From a candidate division WOR-3 bacterium (GTDB taxonomy: Bacteria; Hydrothermota; Hydrothermia; LBFQ01; DSFT01): a stretch of 64,000 nt of DNA. Both the position numbers and the translations under genes were made by a program. The notes below the pieces were generated by a model. The model did not search any database and had not been told where the DNA came from. It saw only the letters and a program-made list of their open reading frames with translations. Below, piece after piece: positions 36,344 to 46,794 of this stretch; position 1 is the first letter of the stretch, and each line of letters starts with the position of its first letter. The DNA is taken from the NCBI GenBank assembly GCA_025060695.1, contig JANXBH010000008.1:2094-66093 (forward strand), given 5' to 3'.

Positions 36344-37693
36344 TAAATTTATGTTTTGACTAATTTTTTCAAAAACCTCTCTAAATGCTTTTGGGTCAAT
36401 TTTGGAATTTATTTTCTTTGCTTCACCTATGAAAAATCCAATAAGTCCCTGTTTTCCTGATTTATATTCAAAAAACTTCTCTGGATATCTCTCTATTAAA
36501 GACTTTACAATATTTTCAATTTCACTTTCACTAATTACTTCAATATTTTTTAATATCTCGTCTACATTTAAATTTTCCTTCATTTCTAATAATTTTTGTC
36601 TTGCAATGTGAGGAGGAATTTTATTTTCTTTCATAAAAAAACTTAACTTTGCAAATTCTCTTACACTTGGAAGTGTATCAAAAGACTTAAGAATATTGAC
36701 TAATAAATTACTTCCAACTACTGCGTCCCCTGAGTTTTCCAAAAACTCATAAAAATAATTACATAGTCTCATATCCCTAACTATAATTTCCGCATATTCT
36801 CTATTTACATTCAAGCTTATAAGTTCATTATATACATCAAATGGTGTTTTAACTAAAAACCTATATTCACTAATATCAATTGATGGTATATCGGGTTCTG
36901 GAAAATATCTATAATCTTCTTCACTTTCTTTTCTTCTCATTTCTCTTGTAATTTTTAAATAATCATCCCACATTTTTGTAGTCCTTTTAATTCTTCTTCC
37001 TTTCTTTATTTCCTCAATTTGATAGTTTATCTCATATTCAAGTGCATTTTCTACTTCTCTTATAGAATTAACGTTCTTTATCTCTACTCTTTCATTATTT
37101 TCAACAGAAACATTTATATCTACTCGCATATGACCTTTTTCCATGTTTGCATCTGATATTTTAAGATATTGAACTGTTAATCTTAGGTTTTCTAAAAACT
37201 TAACTGCTTCCTTTGAACTTTCCATATCAGGTTTAGTTACTATTTCAATTAGTGGAATGCCTGCTCTATTAAAGTCAAGTAAAACTTCATTTTCCATCTG
37301 AATACTTCTTGCAGTATCTTCTTCAAGACTAACTCTATCTATTGCTATTTTCTTTCCACCATATAACTCTGTATATAAATAACCATTGTATCCAACTGAA
37401 CCTAATTTATACTGAGATATTTGATAACCTTTTGGAAGATCAGGATAGTAGTAATTTTTTCTATAAAATTGTATGCTACTATTTATATTGCAATTTAACG
37501 CTTGAGATAACATTATTGCATATTCTATTGCTTTTCTGTTTACACTTGGTAATGTCCCAGGATAGCCTAAACAAATAGGACATATATTTGTATTTGCATC
37601 ATCTTCTTGGTTATAGTCATTTTTGCAACTGCAGAACATTTTACTCTTCGTTTTTAGTTCAAGATGTATTTCAAGTCCAATCTTTGTTTTCAT
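36338..37693 (-). CDS. gatB: Aspartyl/glutamyl-tRNA(Asn/Gln) amidotransferase subunit B.
   Basis: 451 aa; GatB N-terminus (IGLEIHLELKTKSKMFCSC) and the GatB/YqeY tail. Confidence 0.9.
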   Translation of the reverse strand: MKTKIGLEIHLELKTKSKMFCSCKNDYNQEDDANTNICPICLGYPGTLPSVNRKAIEYAIMLSQALNCNINSSIQFYRKNYYYPDLPKGYQISQYKLGSVGYNGYLYTELYGGKKIAIDRVSLEEDTARSIQMENEVLLDFNRAGIPLIEIVTKPDMESSKEAVKFLENLRLTVQYLKISDANMEKGHMRVDINVSVENNERVEIKNVNSIREVENALEYEINYQIEEIKKGRRIKRTTKMWDDYLKITREMRRKESEEDYRYFPEPDIPSIDISEYRFLVKTPFDVYNELISLNVNREYAEIIVRDMRLCNYFYEFLENSGDAVVGSNLLVNILKSFDTLPSVREFAKLSFFMKENKIPPHIARQKLLEMKENLNVDEILKNIEVISESEIENIVKSLIERYPEKFFEYKSGKQGLIGFFIGEAKKINSKIDPKAFREVFEKISQNINLL

Positions 37694-37734
37694 AAGCCCA
37701 AAATTATAAGGTATTTATACTAAAAAATTTTAGG

Positions 37735-38547
37735 ATGTTTATAAGGTTAAAGTCATCTGCTAAAATAAATTTTGGACTTTTTATTCTTGGTAAGTTGGAT
37801 GATAATTATCACGAGATACTTACAATTTTTCAAAAAATACCATTTTACGATGAGATAGAAATTTTTGAAAGTAGAAAATTAGAAGTTGAATTTATTGAAA
37901 GTGAAAAAGTTCTTTATATCCAAAATAATACAATTTTAAGGGCAATAAATGAAATCTCAAAAGCAATAGGCAAAGAATTTAAGCTTAAAATAAGAGTATA
38001 TAAAAAAATTCCAATAGGTGGGGGTCTTGGTGGTGGCTCTTCAAATGCAGGGACTATTTTAAAATTCTTAAATACTTTTTATAGTTTAGGACTTAGTAAA
38101 AGTGATTTGATTGAAATTTCAAAAAGAGTAGGTTCAGATGTGCCATTTTTTGTAATTGATGAGAATTGTGCTATTGGAATGAATAGAGGAGATGTATTAG
38201 AACCATTTAAAAGTAATCTAAAATGCTATGTTAATTTATTTTTTCCAGAAGAAAGACTTTCTACTTCAGAGATGTATAGTAAAATATATTATTATGATTC
38301 GGCAGATATAGCTAAAGAAAAAATCTCTAATATAAAACTTGCACTTGAAACTAATAACTTAGAACTTCTAAAAGAAAACATGTATAATGCTTTTGAAAAT
38401 GTTTTAGATGAAAAATTTTTGGAATATAAAAAAAATTTAGAAAAATTGAATTTTGATATTGTTTTCTTAAGTGGGAGTGGTTCAACCTTTGTAGCTATTA
38501 GTAAAAGCTTTAAAATTTCAAGCTTATGGATAGAAGAAAATTCATAG
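37735..38547 (+). CDS. ispE: 4-diphosphocytidyl-2-C-methyl-D-erythritol kinase.
   Basis: GHMP kinase motif PIGGGLGGGSSNAG. Confidence 0.8.
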   Translation: MFIRLKSSAKINFGLFILGKLDDNYHEILTIFQKIPFYDEIEIFESRKLEVEFIESEKVLYIQNNTILRAINEISKAIGKEFKLKIRVYKKIPIGGGLGGGSSNAGTILKFLNTFYSLGLSKSDLIEISKRVGSDVPFFVIDENCAIGMNRGDVLEPFKSNLKCYVNLFFPEERLSTSEMYSKIYYYDSADIAKEKISNIKLALETNNLELLKENMYNAFENVLDEKFLEYKKNLEKLNFDIVFLSGSGSTFVAISKSFKISSLWIEENS

Positions 38548-39026
38548 CTTATCTTGGAAGAACAGCTGTGGTTTTAACATTCTTAGGTCAGGGATTTGCA
38601 TACTTTAGGTCTTTAATTCCAAATACTCTTTATGAGCCACCTAAGAAGTTTAAACTTGGTTATCCAAAGGACTATCCAGAAGGTATAACTTTTGTTGCAA
38701 AGTATAGGATATTTCTTGTTAGGGAAGGAAAAAGCTTCTGGGTGATATCTGCAATTTGCCAGCACTTAGGTTGCACGGTAAATATAGTTCCTCCTAAGAC
38801 CGAGGTGGTAAAGATAAAGGGAGAGGAGTTTAGACAAAAGTGGGAGTTTTTCTGTCCTTGTCATGGTTCTGCATATTATGGCGATGGGACGTTTTATGGA
38901 GGACCTGCACCAAAGTCATTACCTTGGTATAAATTAGATATTGGACCTGACGGTCAGCTTGTTGTTGATACGAATACAGAAGTTGATCATAAGTTTAGAT
39001 TAGTTGTTGAAGACTTAGGAGGATAA
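38526..39026 (+). CDS. Rieske [2Fe-2S] subunit of a cytochrome bc-type complex, with a Tat signal peptide.
   Basis: Tat motif (DRRKF) at the N-terminus; CQHLGC...CPCHGS Rieske boxes. Confidence 0.85.
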   Translation: MDRRKFIAYLGRTAVVLTFLGQGFAYFRSLIPNTLYEPPKKFKLGYPKDYPEGITFVAKYRIFLVREGKSFWVISAICQHLGCTVNIVPPKTEVVKIKGEEFRQKWEFFCPCHGSAYYGDGTFYGGPAPKSLPWYKLDIGPDGQLVVDTNTEVDHKFRLVVEDLGG

Positions 39027-39029
39027 TCT

Positions 39030-40280
39030 ATGGAGAAAATAAAGCAAATATGGAGAAGTTTAATTTGGTCGTATGACCCAAAGGATAAAATAGAAGCAAC
39101 GAAAGCAACTAGTAAGAATTTTTGGCTTCACTGGTTTCCTGCAAGAACTACATATAAAAGTATGTCAATTACTTATTCTTTCTGGTTAGGGACTGTTTTA
39201 TTTTCTCTTTTTATCATTCTTACTATAACAGGTGTTATATTGATGTTTCTATACATTCCTTCTACTGAAAGGGCATACTGGACAATTAAGGACTTAGAAA
39301 ACTCAGTAAGTTTTGGGTGGTTTTTAAGAAATGCTCACAGATGGGCAGCACATTTGATGGTAACTGCAGTTTTTTTACATATGGCAAGGGTTTTCTTTAC
39401 AGGAGCATATAAAAATGGAGGAAATCCGGAAGCAAACAGACCTTTAAATTGGATAGTTGGAGTTATATTGCTTATTTTAACACTTGCTCTTTCATATACA
39501 GGATATTTACTTCCGTGGGATCAACTTGCACTATGGGCAATCGTAATAGGTGCAAATATAGCAAAGTCGGTTCCACCTGAGAATATAGTAGGAGAGAGTC
39601 TTTATTTCTTTCTTGCAGGCGGAACTCAAATAGACCAAAATACCTTAATTAGATTTTATGTTTTACATTGTATATTCTTACCTATATTACTTTTAGTTTT
39701 ATCATCTTACCATATGTGGAGAATTAGAAAAGATGGGGGTTTAGCGGTAAGTGAGCAGTATAAAATTGAAGCGAAGAAACAAAATAAGAGGCTAATACAG
39801 GATGAATATACTACATTTACTATACCATTCTTATTTAGAAGAGTTTTTATGATATTCCTTGTAACTACAGCAATTGTTCTGTTCTTTTCAGTATTTGCAA
39901 AAGCACCTTTAGAAGAGCCTGCTGATCCGTCTTGGACACCTAATCCTGCAAAAGCTCCTTGGTATTTCCTTTGGATACAAGAGTTGATAACTATTACAAC
40001 TGTAAAAATTGGAGATTTTACTATAAATGGTGGATTCTTAGGTGGAGCACTCATACCTGCTTTATTATTTTTACTTTGGGCGGTTTGGCCATATCTTGAT
40101 AAAAGTCCTGATGAAGCAACAGGCGTATGGTTCCACAAAAGCAGGATAGTTCATAATATAATCTTTGCAATAATTCTGATTATACTTATAGCTGTTACGA
40201 TTTTTGCAATGTACTTTAGAGGTCCATATTGGCAAGTATATTGGCCTTGGAGATGGCCAGAAATACCACACATGTTCTAA
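39030..40280 (+). CDS. Cytochrome b subunit (fused b6/subunit IV-like) of a bc-type complex.
   Basis: 416 aa polytopic protein with cytochrome-b-like heme-ligand helices; lies directly downstream of the Rieske gene. Confidence 0.85.
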   Translation: MEKIKQIWRSLIWSYDPKDKIEATKATSKNFWLHWFPARTTYKSMSITYSFWLGTVLFSLFIILTITGVILMFLYIPSTERAYWTIKDLENSVSFGWFLRNAHRWAAHLMVTAVFLHMARVFFTGAYKNGGNPEANRPLNWIVGVILLILTLALSYTGYLLPWDQLALWAIVIGANIAKSVPPENIVGESLYFFLAGGTQIDQNTLIRFYVLHCIFLPILLLVLSSYHMWRIRKDGGLAVSEQYKIEAKKQNKRLIQDEYTTFTIPFLFRRVFMIFLVTTAIVLFFSVFAKAPLEEPADPSWTPNPAKAPWYFLWIQELITITTVKIGDFTINGGFLGGALIPALLFLLWAVWPYLDKSPDEATGVWFHKSRIVHNIIFAIILIILIAVTIFAMYFRGPYWQVYWPWRWPEIPHMF

Positions 40281-40292
40281 AAGGAGGGAACT

Positions 40293-41621
40293 ATGGAAGA
40301 GAGAAAGGATTTTGTTCAAGATAAATATTGGTATGACTCTTTATGGATATATGCCTTTGGCTTTATTATTCTTATATTTTTAGGTATTGTATTTCATCGT
40401 TCAATAAACCCTGAGTGGAAAAAATATCAATCTGAATTTAAGAAAGTAGTAGAGAAGAAGCTTGGTCCCGAGGTTGCAAGAAAAATTGATTTTGGTATTA
40501 AGCAAATATGGAATCCTGATATTATGGGTTCAAATGTTGCAGACAGGTGTATAACCTGTCATATGGGTGTTGAAATAAAAGGTCTTGAAGGTGAGGATGT
40601 TCCTGTTGTATTTAGGACTCATCCTAATCCTGATGGTATAATGGATAAGCATCCAATTGAAAAATTCGGATGTGTTAGCTGTCATGGAGGACAGCCTCCT
40701 GCATTAACTACGAAACAGGCTCATGCAGGAAAAGGAGTAAGATGGTTATGGCCTGTATATACAAGAGAAATGCAAAAGCATTACAAAATTGAAGAAGACA
40801 GATTAGTAATGGTTCAGATAAATTGTAATCATTGCCATAGATTTGATAAGGAAACTCCCGGAATGGACTATATAAATCTTGCAAAACAAATTATTCAGGA
40901 AAAAAATTGTAGGCAGTGTCATGTTATTGATGGATATGGTGGGAATATTGGTCCTGCCTTGACTTATGAAGGTGATAAATCGCATGAAATGTTCGACTTT
41001 ACACATATTGAGGATCAACTTGCGGAAAGAGAAATGCCTAAAACTGTATTTACATGGCATATACTACACTTTGAAAATCCGCAAAAAGTTGTTCCAAGTA
41101 GTATAATGCCAAATTATGGATTTACACATAAAGAAAATGTTGCACTCGCTATGCTTGTAATGTCTTGGAGAAAAATGAAATATCCTATAGAATATCTGTC
41201 AAATCCTGACAAATACTATACACTAAAGTTAATAGATGAAGGAAGAATTAAGGCACAAGAAATAGAACTTGTTTCAAGAACAGATAGAAATATAAATTTA
41301 AAGCCTTCCAATGGACAACAATTAAAAGAAGTAAAAGACATATCTGAGTTAGGAAAGCAACTTTTTGCATCCAAAGGTTGTAATACTTGTCATCACATTA
41401 CTGAGCAAAAATTAGTAGGACCGGGTCTAAAGGGTGTTGCACAAAGAAGGACAAAAGAATGGATAATAGCCATCACTATAAATCCTGATTCCATGCTAAA
41501 TAATGATCCAATAGCAAAGCAACTATTAAAAGAATACAATAATGTAAGGATGGTTCTTGTTCAGCCTGTAAATAAGCAAGAAGCAGAAGCCATATACGAA
41601 TACTTAAAAACACTAAAATAA
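40293..41621 (+). CDS. Membrane-anchored pentaheme c-type cytochrome.
   Basis: Five CxxCH motifs (CITCH, CVSCH, CNHCH, CRQCH, CNTCH); N-terminal TM. Confidence 0.8.
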   Translation: MEERKDFVQDKYWYDSLWIYAFGFIILIFLGIVFHRSINPEWKKYQSEFKKVVEKKLGPEVARKIDFGIKQIWNPDIMGSNVADRCITCHMGVEIKGLEGEDVPVVFRTHPNPDGIMDKHPIEKFGCVSCHGGQPPALTTKQAHAGKGVRWLWPVYTREMQKHYKIEEDRLVMVQINCNHCHRFDKETPGMDYINLAKQIIQEKNCRQCHVIDGYGGNIGPALTYEGDKSHEMFDFTHIEDQLAEREMPKTVFTWHILHFENPQKVVPSSIMPNYGFTHKENVALAMLVMSWRKMKYPIEYLSNPDKYYTLKLIDEGRIKAQEIELVSRTDRNINLKPSNGQQLKEVKDISELGKQLFASKGCNTCHHITEQKLVGPGLKGVAQRRTKEWIIAITINPDSMLNNDPIAKQLLKEYNNVRMVLVQPVNKQEAEAIYEYLKTLK

Positions 41622-42289
41622 TGGGGGATTTTTCTATCCCCCACATGTTTGATAAAATTGTAGATAAGTATGAACTTTTAAACCACATACTATCTTTTAA
41701 TTTGGATAGAATTTGGAGGAAAAGAGCGGTAAAGTTTTTAAACGGTAGAATTTTAGATGTAGCAACTGGGACAGGAGAGATAGTAGAAGTTGTTGTAAAT
41801 ACTATAAAATATGACTTTATTGTAGGTATTGATATATCAAAGCTAATGTTAAAATATGCAATTAAAAATAGAAAGTACGAAAGGGTTTTTTATTTATTTG
41901 CGGATGGAGAAAAACTTCCATTTAAAAATAACTCATTTGATAGTATAGTTGTTGCATTTGGAATTAGAAATTTTAAAAATAAGGAAATCGCACTTAGTGA
42001 GTTTTATAGAGTATTGAAGGACAATGGAATTTTAGTAATTCTTGAAATGCTTGGTCCAGAAAATTTTCTATCTTATCCATATAGATTTTATCTTCGCTTT
42101 ATTATGCCACTAATTGTAAGTGTATTTACAAAAGAAGTAAATGCATACTACTATTTATATAAGTCTATTATTAGCTTTCCAAGAAGAAGTAAATTTAAAA
42201 GTATGATTGAAGATGTTGGCTTCAAGGACGTTAAAGTATTGGATTTAACATTTGGTGCTTGTAGTATGTTTCTTGCTAAGAAATATTAA
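41621..42289 (+). CDS. ubiE: Demethylmenaquinone/ubiquinone methyltransferase (UbiE/MenG).
   Basis: N-terminal MFDKIVDKYELLNHILSFNLDRIWRK and SAM-binding VLDVATGTG. Confidence 0.8.
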   Translation: MGDFSIPHMFDKIVDKYELLNHILSFNLDRIWRKRAVKFLNGRILDVATGTGEIVEVVVNTIKYDFIVGIDISKLMLKYAIKNRKYERVFYLFADGEKLPFKNNSFDSIVVAFGIRNFKNKEIALSEFYRVLKDNGILVILEMLGPENFLSYPYRFYLRFIMPLIVSVFTKEVNAYYYLYKSIISFPRRSKFKSMIEDVGFKDVKVLDLTFGACSMFLAKKY

Positions 42290-42917
42290 GGAAATTTTTA
42301 AGAGCTAAAATTTCATCTTCACTCATATATCTATATTCTGTAGGTTTTAAGTCTTGAGGAAGAGTTATTGGTTCAGTTTCTATTCTTTTTAATAATTTAA
42401 TAGTAGGAATGACTTTTCTTAACTTGTTTGCACTTAGTTTAATAGTTGTAATAATTGCTTCATATCTTGATATCTGTGATATTTTTATATTTTCATGTTT
42501 TGGAATTGTCTCAAATGGGACTGATAAGTAAGCTAAATATCTATTTTTTATAGATTTTCTATGGTAGATTCTATGAATCTCTCCATCGTTTGTCATTATA
42601 ATCAGTCCTTCATCAGGTTTTGGAAGATTTTCCAAAGGAATAAGATGTCTAATTTCCTTGGGAAAAAATACTTTATCTCTTGGTTTATAGTATATAATGA
42701 ACTCTTTTTTCTTAGCTTTTCTTATTTCAAATCCTTTAAAAGTTATCCTATCATTTGAGTCAATTATATACCATGGCTCTTTTATAGTCTTTCCATTTAC
42801 CTTAATAAGTCCATATTTAATAGCTCTAATAGCACTTCTTCTTGAAAAATATCCTGTTTCTTGTAAAAATTTAAATAGTTTATAATTCCCTTCCATGCTT
42901 GTAAATCTTTCCCTCAA
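42276..42917 (-). CDS. Pseudouridine synthase of the RsuA/RluB family.
   Basis: S4 domain (KVNGKTIKEPWYIID); catalytic-core region (GLIIMTNDGE) at the position of the family's catalytic loop. Confidence 0.7.
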   Translation of the reverse strand: MRERFTSMEGNYKLFKFLQETGYFSRRSAIRAIKYGLIKVNGKTIKEPWYIIDSNDRITFKGFEIRKAKKKEFIIYYKPRDKVFFPKEIRHLIPLENLPKPDEGLIIMTNDGEIHRIYHRKSIKNRYLAYLSVPFETIPKHENIKISQISRYEAIITTIKLSANKLRKVIPTIKLLKRIETEPITLPQDLKPTEYRYMSEDEILALKNFLNIS

Positions 42918-43500
42918 CTAAAAATATTACATCTTCACATATATTGGTAGACAAGTCCGCTATTCTTTCTAAATTTTGAATTATACTTAAGTTTTTTAAT
43001 GCTATGTATGTATCTTTAGGATATTGCATGATGTGTTCTACTATTTGCCTTATTAAATTATCTCTTTGAATATCAATATTTTGGTCGCACTTCATGGTTT
43101 CCTTTGCTAATTTAGAGTTTCTATTTTTATAAGCATCTATAGAATTTTTATATGCATCCATTACTTTTTCAATTAGTGAAGTTAAATCCACAATAGTTTC
43201 TCCTCTTACTAAGTGTAAATCTCTTGAGATATTTTCTATATGGTCTGCAATTCTCTCTAAGTCATTATTTACTTTTATTGCTGTAATAATTCTTCTTAAG
43301 TCTATTGCTTCAGGCTGATAGAGTGCCAAAATTTTTATAGCAAATAGCTCTATATCCATTTCTGTTCGATTTACTATGTCTTCAAGCTTTAAAACTTCTT
43401 CGTAATTATTATAAATTAATATCATATTGTTTATAATATTTGCCATTTCAAAGACTTTGTTTTCTAATTCATTTATCTCATCAATAAGTGATTTTCTCAT
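42880..43500 (-). CDS. phoU: Phosphate transport system regulator PhoU.
   Basis: 206 aa; two PhoU repeats (DxxxD-containing helices). Confidence 0.75.
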   Translation of the reverse strand: MRKSLIDEINELENKVFEMANIINNMILIYNNYEEVLKLEDIVNRTEMDIELFAIKILALYQPEAIDLRRIITAIKVNNDLERIADHIENISRDLHLVRGETIVDLTSLIEKVMDAYKNSIDAYKNRNSKLAKETMKCDQNIDIQRDNLIRQIVEHIMQYPKDTYIALKNLSIIQNLERIADLSTNICEDVIFLVEGKIYKHGREL

Positions 43501-44255
43501 CCAAACCTCCCTGTAATATAATCTTCTGTTAGTTTTTGCTTAGGTCTTGTAAAAATGTCATCAGTTTTTCCAAATTCAATAATTTCACCTAAATACATAA
43601 ATGCGGTATAGTCTGAAACTCTTGCAGCTTGTTGCATATTATGCGTAACTATTACTATTGTTATTCTATTTCCGAGCTCCCTTATTAGTTCTTCTATTTT
43701 TGCAGTTGATATTGGATCTAACGCGCTTGTAGGTTCATCAAATAGTAAAACTTCTGGTTCCATGGCTATTGCTCTTGCGATGCATAGTCTTTGCTGTTGT
43801 CCACCAGATAAAGAAAGTGCATTTTTATGTAGTCTATCTTTTACTTCGTCAAATAGAAAAGCATCTTTTAAAGCTTTCTCTACTCTTTCCTTTAAATCTA
43901 ATTTATTTTTTATTCCCTTAATTTTTAGCCCAAATGCAATATTTTCAAAAATTGACATGTTAAATGGTGTAGGTTTTTGAAATACCATTCCAATTCTTTG
44001 TCTAATTAACATTAAGTTTGTCCCATTTTTTAAAATATTTTCATTATCAAAAATTATCTCTCCTTCATATCTATTATTAGGATATAAATCGTGCATTCTA
44101 TTTAGACATCTTAAAAGTGTTGTTTTTCCGCACCCTGAAGGACCAATTAATGCGGTAATCTTTTTTTCATAAATATCTAAGTTTATGTTCTTTAAAACTT
44201 TTATATCTCCATAGTAAAAATTTAAATTTTTTATTTTTATCTTTATACCTTCCAT
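43497..44255 (-). CDS. pstB: Phosphate ABC transporter ATP-binding protein.
   Basis: LNFYYG, Walker [24 protein letters not shown]; no pstSCA adjacent. Confidence 0.9.
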   Translation of the reverse strand: MEGIKIKIKNLNFYYGDIKVLKNINLDIYEKKITALIGPSGCGKTTLLRCLNRMHDLYPNNRYEGEIIFDNENILKNGTNLMLIRQRIGMVFQKPTPFNMSIFENIAFGLKIKGIKNKLDLKERVEKALKDAFLFDEVKDRLHKNALSLSGGQQQRLCIARAIAMEPEVLLFDEPTSALDPISTAKIEELIRELGNRITIVIVTHNMQQAARVSDYTAFMYLGEIIEFGKTDDIFTRPKQKLTEDYITGRFG

Positions 44256-44283
44256 TTTCTGAAATTTTAAGGTTTATTCAAAA

Positions 44284-44298
44284 CTTTAAAATTTTCGT
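44284..44298 (+). promoter_or_regulatory. CTTTAAAATTTTCGT immediately 5' of the tandem-tryptophanase ATG. A second copy in the opposite orientation at 44259..44272 serves pstB.
   Basis: Same motif. The divergent pstB side reads CCTTAAAATTTCAGAAA-ATG. Confidence 0.4.
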
Positions 44299-46794
44299 AT
44301 GGTTTCAGAAAGTTATAAAGCAAAAATTATTCAATTTATCAAGAAAATGGACTATGAAGAAAGGCTAAATTTAGCAAAAGCTTACAAATACAACATTCAT
44401 AAAATATCATCTGAATATTTTATAATAGATTTCCATGCTCATATAAATGCACTAAGTGAAGAGCAGTATAGTGCACTTTTTGTGGGTGATGAAGCATATG
44501 CAGGCAGTGAAAATTTCCTAAATATACAAAAGAGAGTAAAGGATATATTTAAAAGAGAATTTTTAATACCAGTGCATAATTTAAGAGGTGCGGAGCATTT
44601 AATATTTAAAGTATTTGAAGGAGACTTTTTATCAAATAAACCAACCGACTCATTTCTTGTGCTTTCAAAATACTTCAAAAGAAAGATCTCAGAAAACAAC
44701 GCAAATGTAGGATACTTTACCATAGAAAGCAACTTTGAAAAATTCTTAGATATTAAAAAGAACTTAAAAAAAGTTTCAATATTAAATGCAAGTAATATAT
44801 TTTCTCAAATAGTATTTTGGAAAATTGAGAATAAATTAAGTGGAAGTTTAAAGGAATTAGTTTACGAATTTACCAAGGATTTTGATATACTATTAATTAG
44901 TGCGGAGCAGGACTTAATGGGTCATGTAGGTGCAATTATTTTATTAAATAACAAGGAGTATTATAATAAGTTTTGTGAATGGCTTGTTTCATTCGAAGGA
45001 CTTCATACATATGGTGGTCTTTCAGGTAGAGACATGGAACTTATAGCAGTTAGTTTGGACCAAGCATTAAATGAGGAATATTGGAGATATAGATATTACG
45101 AGCTAAAGGATTTATTTGATAAACTAATGGACATTGGGTATGAAGTGTTTGATTTAACAGGAGATGGATTTTATATTAAACTTGAAAATGCAATAGGATT
45201 TAATCTTGTGCTATTTCTCTCATCTCAAAGCAGAATAAGGGCATATGATAATATTGCATATGTAAGAGTTCCAAAAAGGGTTTATTTTAGAGAACATTTT
45301 GAATATTTTTTAGATGCAATGAAATATATGAAAAGGCAGGAATTACCAAGGCTTTCAAAACTTTCAGATACTATATTTTATGAAGTAGAGGTAATGGACT
45401 ATGAACTGACTGAGCCTTTAAGAAGATATGAAGAAATAAAATTTAGTGGATTTAACTATAAGATGAAAGGTATTGAAATTATATCAAATAAGTCTAAAGA
45501 GTATAGAATGGACGCTATAGAAGAAGCTGGATATAATACATTTTTACTTAAAAGCGAGGATGTATATATTGATTTACTAACTGATTCGGGAACTTCATCT
45601 CAAAGTGATGAGCAGTTTTTTGAAGGTTTAAAATACGATGGAAGAGATGCATATAAGATATTAAAAGAGAAAGTTTATGAAATTTTTGGTTTTGACTATT
45701 TTGTACCTACACATCAAGGAAGACAAGCTGAACACTTCTTATCTCAGCATCTAATAAAAAAGGGTCAATATGTATTAAATAATATGTATTTTACAACCAC
45801 AAGGTTTCATCAGGAATATGCAGGTGGTATATTTGTGGACTTAATAATTCCATATGCGAATATTCCAGAACATCCCTATCCATTTAAAGGAGATTTTGAT
45901 ATTGAAGCGGTAGAAAACTTTATAAAGGAAAAAGGTCCTGAAAACGTTGCATATATTTGTATTGAAACTAATGTAAATATGGCGGGTGGTCAACCAGTTT
46001 CTATGAGAAATATAAAACAACTAAGAGAAATAGCTGATGAATATAAAATACCTGTGGTTTTTGATGCAACAAGAATTGCAGAAAATGCATATTTTATAAA
46101 GCAAAGGGAAGAAGGATATAAAGACAAAACTATAAAGGAAATTATTAGGGAAATTTTGAGTTATGGAGATTTTGCTACTATTTCTGCAAAAAAAGACCCA
46201 TTAACTAATATAAGTGGTTTGTTATTAATTAGAAATGAGGAATTATATAGAAAAATATACGAATTTGCAAGTGCTTTTGATGGTAGTCCATATAATGGTG
46301 GTCTTGCAGACAGAGACCTTATAATGCTATCTATTGGATTAGAGGAGATGACTAACTACGAATATTTAAAAACTAGAATAAGTCAAGTTGAATATCTTGG
46401 GAAAAAACTATTAGAAAATAACATTCCAATTGTAGAGCCGATTGGAGGACATGCGGTATATATTGATGCTAAGAGATTTTTAGAACATTTAGAACAAGAT
46501 GACCTTCCTGCACAAGCATTGGCAGGTGAGATATTTATAGAGGGTGGTGTAAGAACTATGGAGAGAGGGACAGTTTCCGCAGGAAGAGATCCGATAACTA
46601 AAGAAAACAGAAAACCAAAATTGGAACTTGTAAGAATTACTATTCCAAGAAGGGTTTATTCAAATAGTCATATGGACCATGTAGTTGAAACTATAGTAAA
46701 TGTATATAAAAGAAGAGAGAGCATTAGAGGACTTGAGTTTGTATACGAGCCTCCATTTTTAAGATTTTTTACTGCAAGATTTAAAGTTAAATGA
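44299..46794 (+). CDS. Tandem fusion of two tryptophanase/tyrosine phenol-lyase family (beta-eliminating lyase) domains. The N-terminal copy is degenerate and the C-terminal copy is intact.
   Basis: C-terminal half: NTFLLKSEDVYIDLLTDSGT, PTHQGRQAE, FAENAYFIKQRE, SAKKD (PLP lysine), EPPFLRFFTARF. N-terminal half: GDEAYAGSENF, IPVHNLRGAEHL, TYGGLSGRDMELIAVSL, but SAEQD replaces SAKKD. Confidence 0.8.
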   Translation: MVSESYKAKIIQFIKKMDYEERLNLAKAYKYNIHKISSEYFIIDFHAHINALSEEQYSALFVGDEAYAGSENFLNIQKRVKDIFKREFLIPVHNLRGAEHLIFKVFEGDFLSNKPTDSFLVLSKYFKRKISENNANVGYFTIESNFEKFLDIKKNLKKVSILNASNIFSQIVFWKIENKLSGSLKELVYEFTKDFDILLISAEQDLMGHVGAIILLNNKEYYNKFCEWLVSFEGLHTYGGLSGRDMELIAVSLDQALNEEYWRYRYYELKDLFDKLMDIGYEVFDLTGDGFYIKLENAIGFNLVLFLSSQSRIRAYDNIAYVRVPKRVYFREHFEYFLDAMKYMKRQELPRLSKLSDTIFYEVEVMDYELTEPLRRYEEIKFSGFNYKMKGIEIISNKSKEYRMDAIEEAGYNTFLLKSEDVYIDLLTDSGTSSQSDEQFFEGLKYDGRDAYKILKEKVYEIFGFDYFVPTHQGRQAEHFLSQHLIKKGQYVLNNMYFTTTRFHQEYAGGIFVDLIIPYANIPEHPYPFKGDFDIEAVENFIKEKGPENVAYICIETNVNMAGGQPVSMRNIKQLREIADEYKIPVVFDATRIAENAYFIKQREEGYKDKTIKEIIREILSYGDFATISAKKDPLTNISGLLLIRNEELYRKIYEFASAFDGSPYNGGLADRDLIMLSIGLEEMTNYEYLKTRISQVEYLGKKLLENNIPIVEPIGGHAVYIDAKRFLEHLEQDDLPAQALAGEIFIEGGVRTMERGTVSAGRDPITKENRKPKLELVRITIPRRVYSNSHMDHVVETIVNVYKRRESIRGLEFVYEPPFLRFFTARFKVK

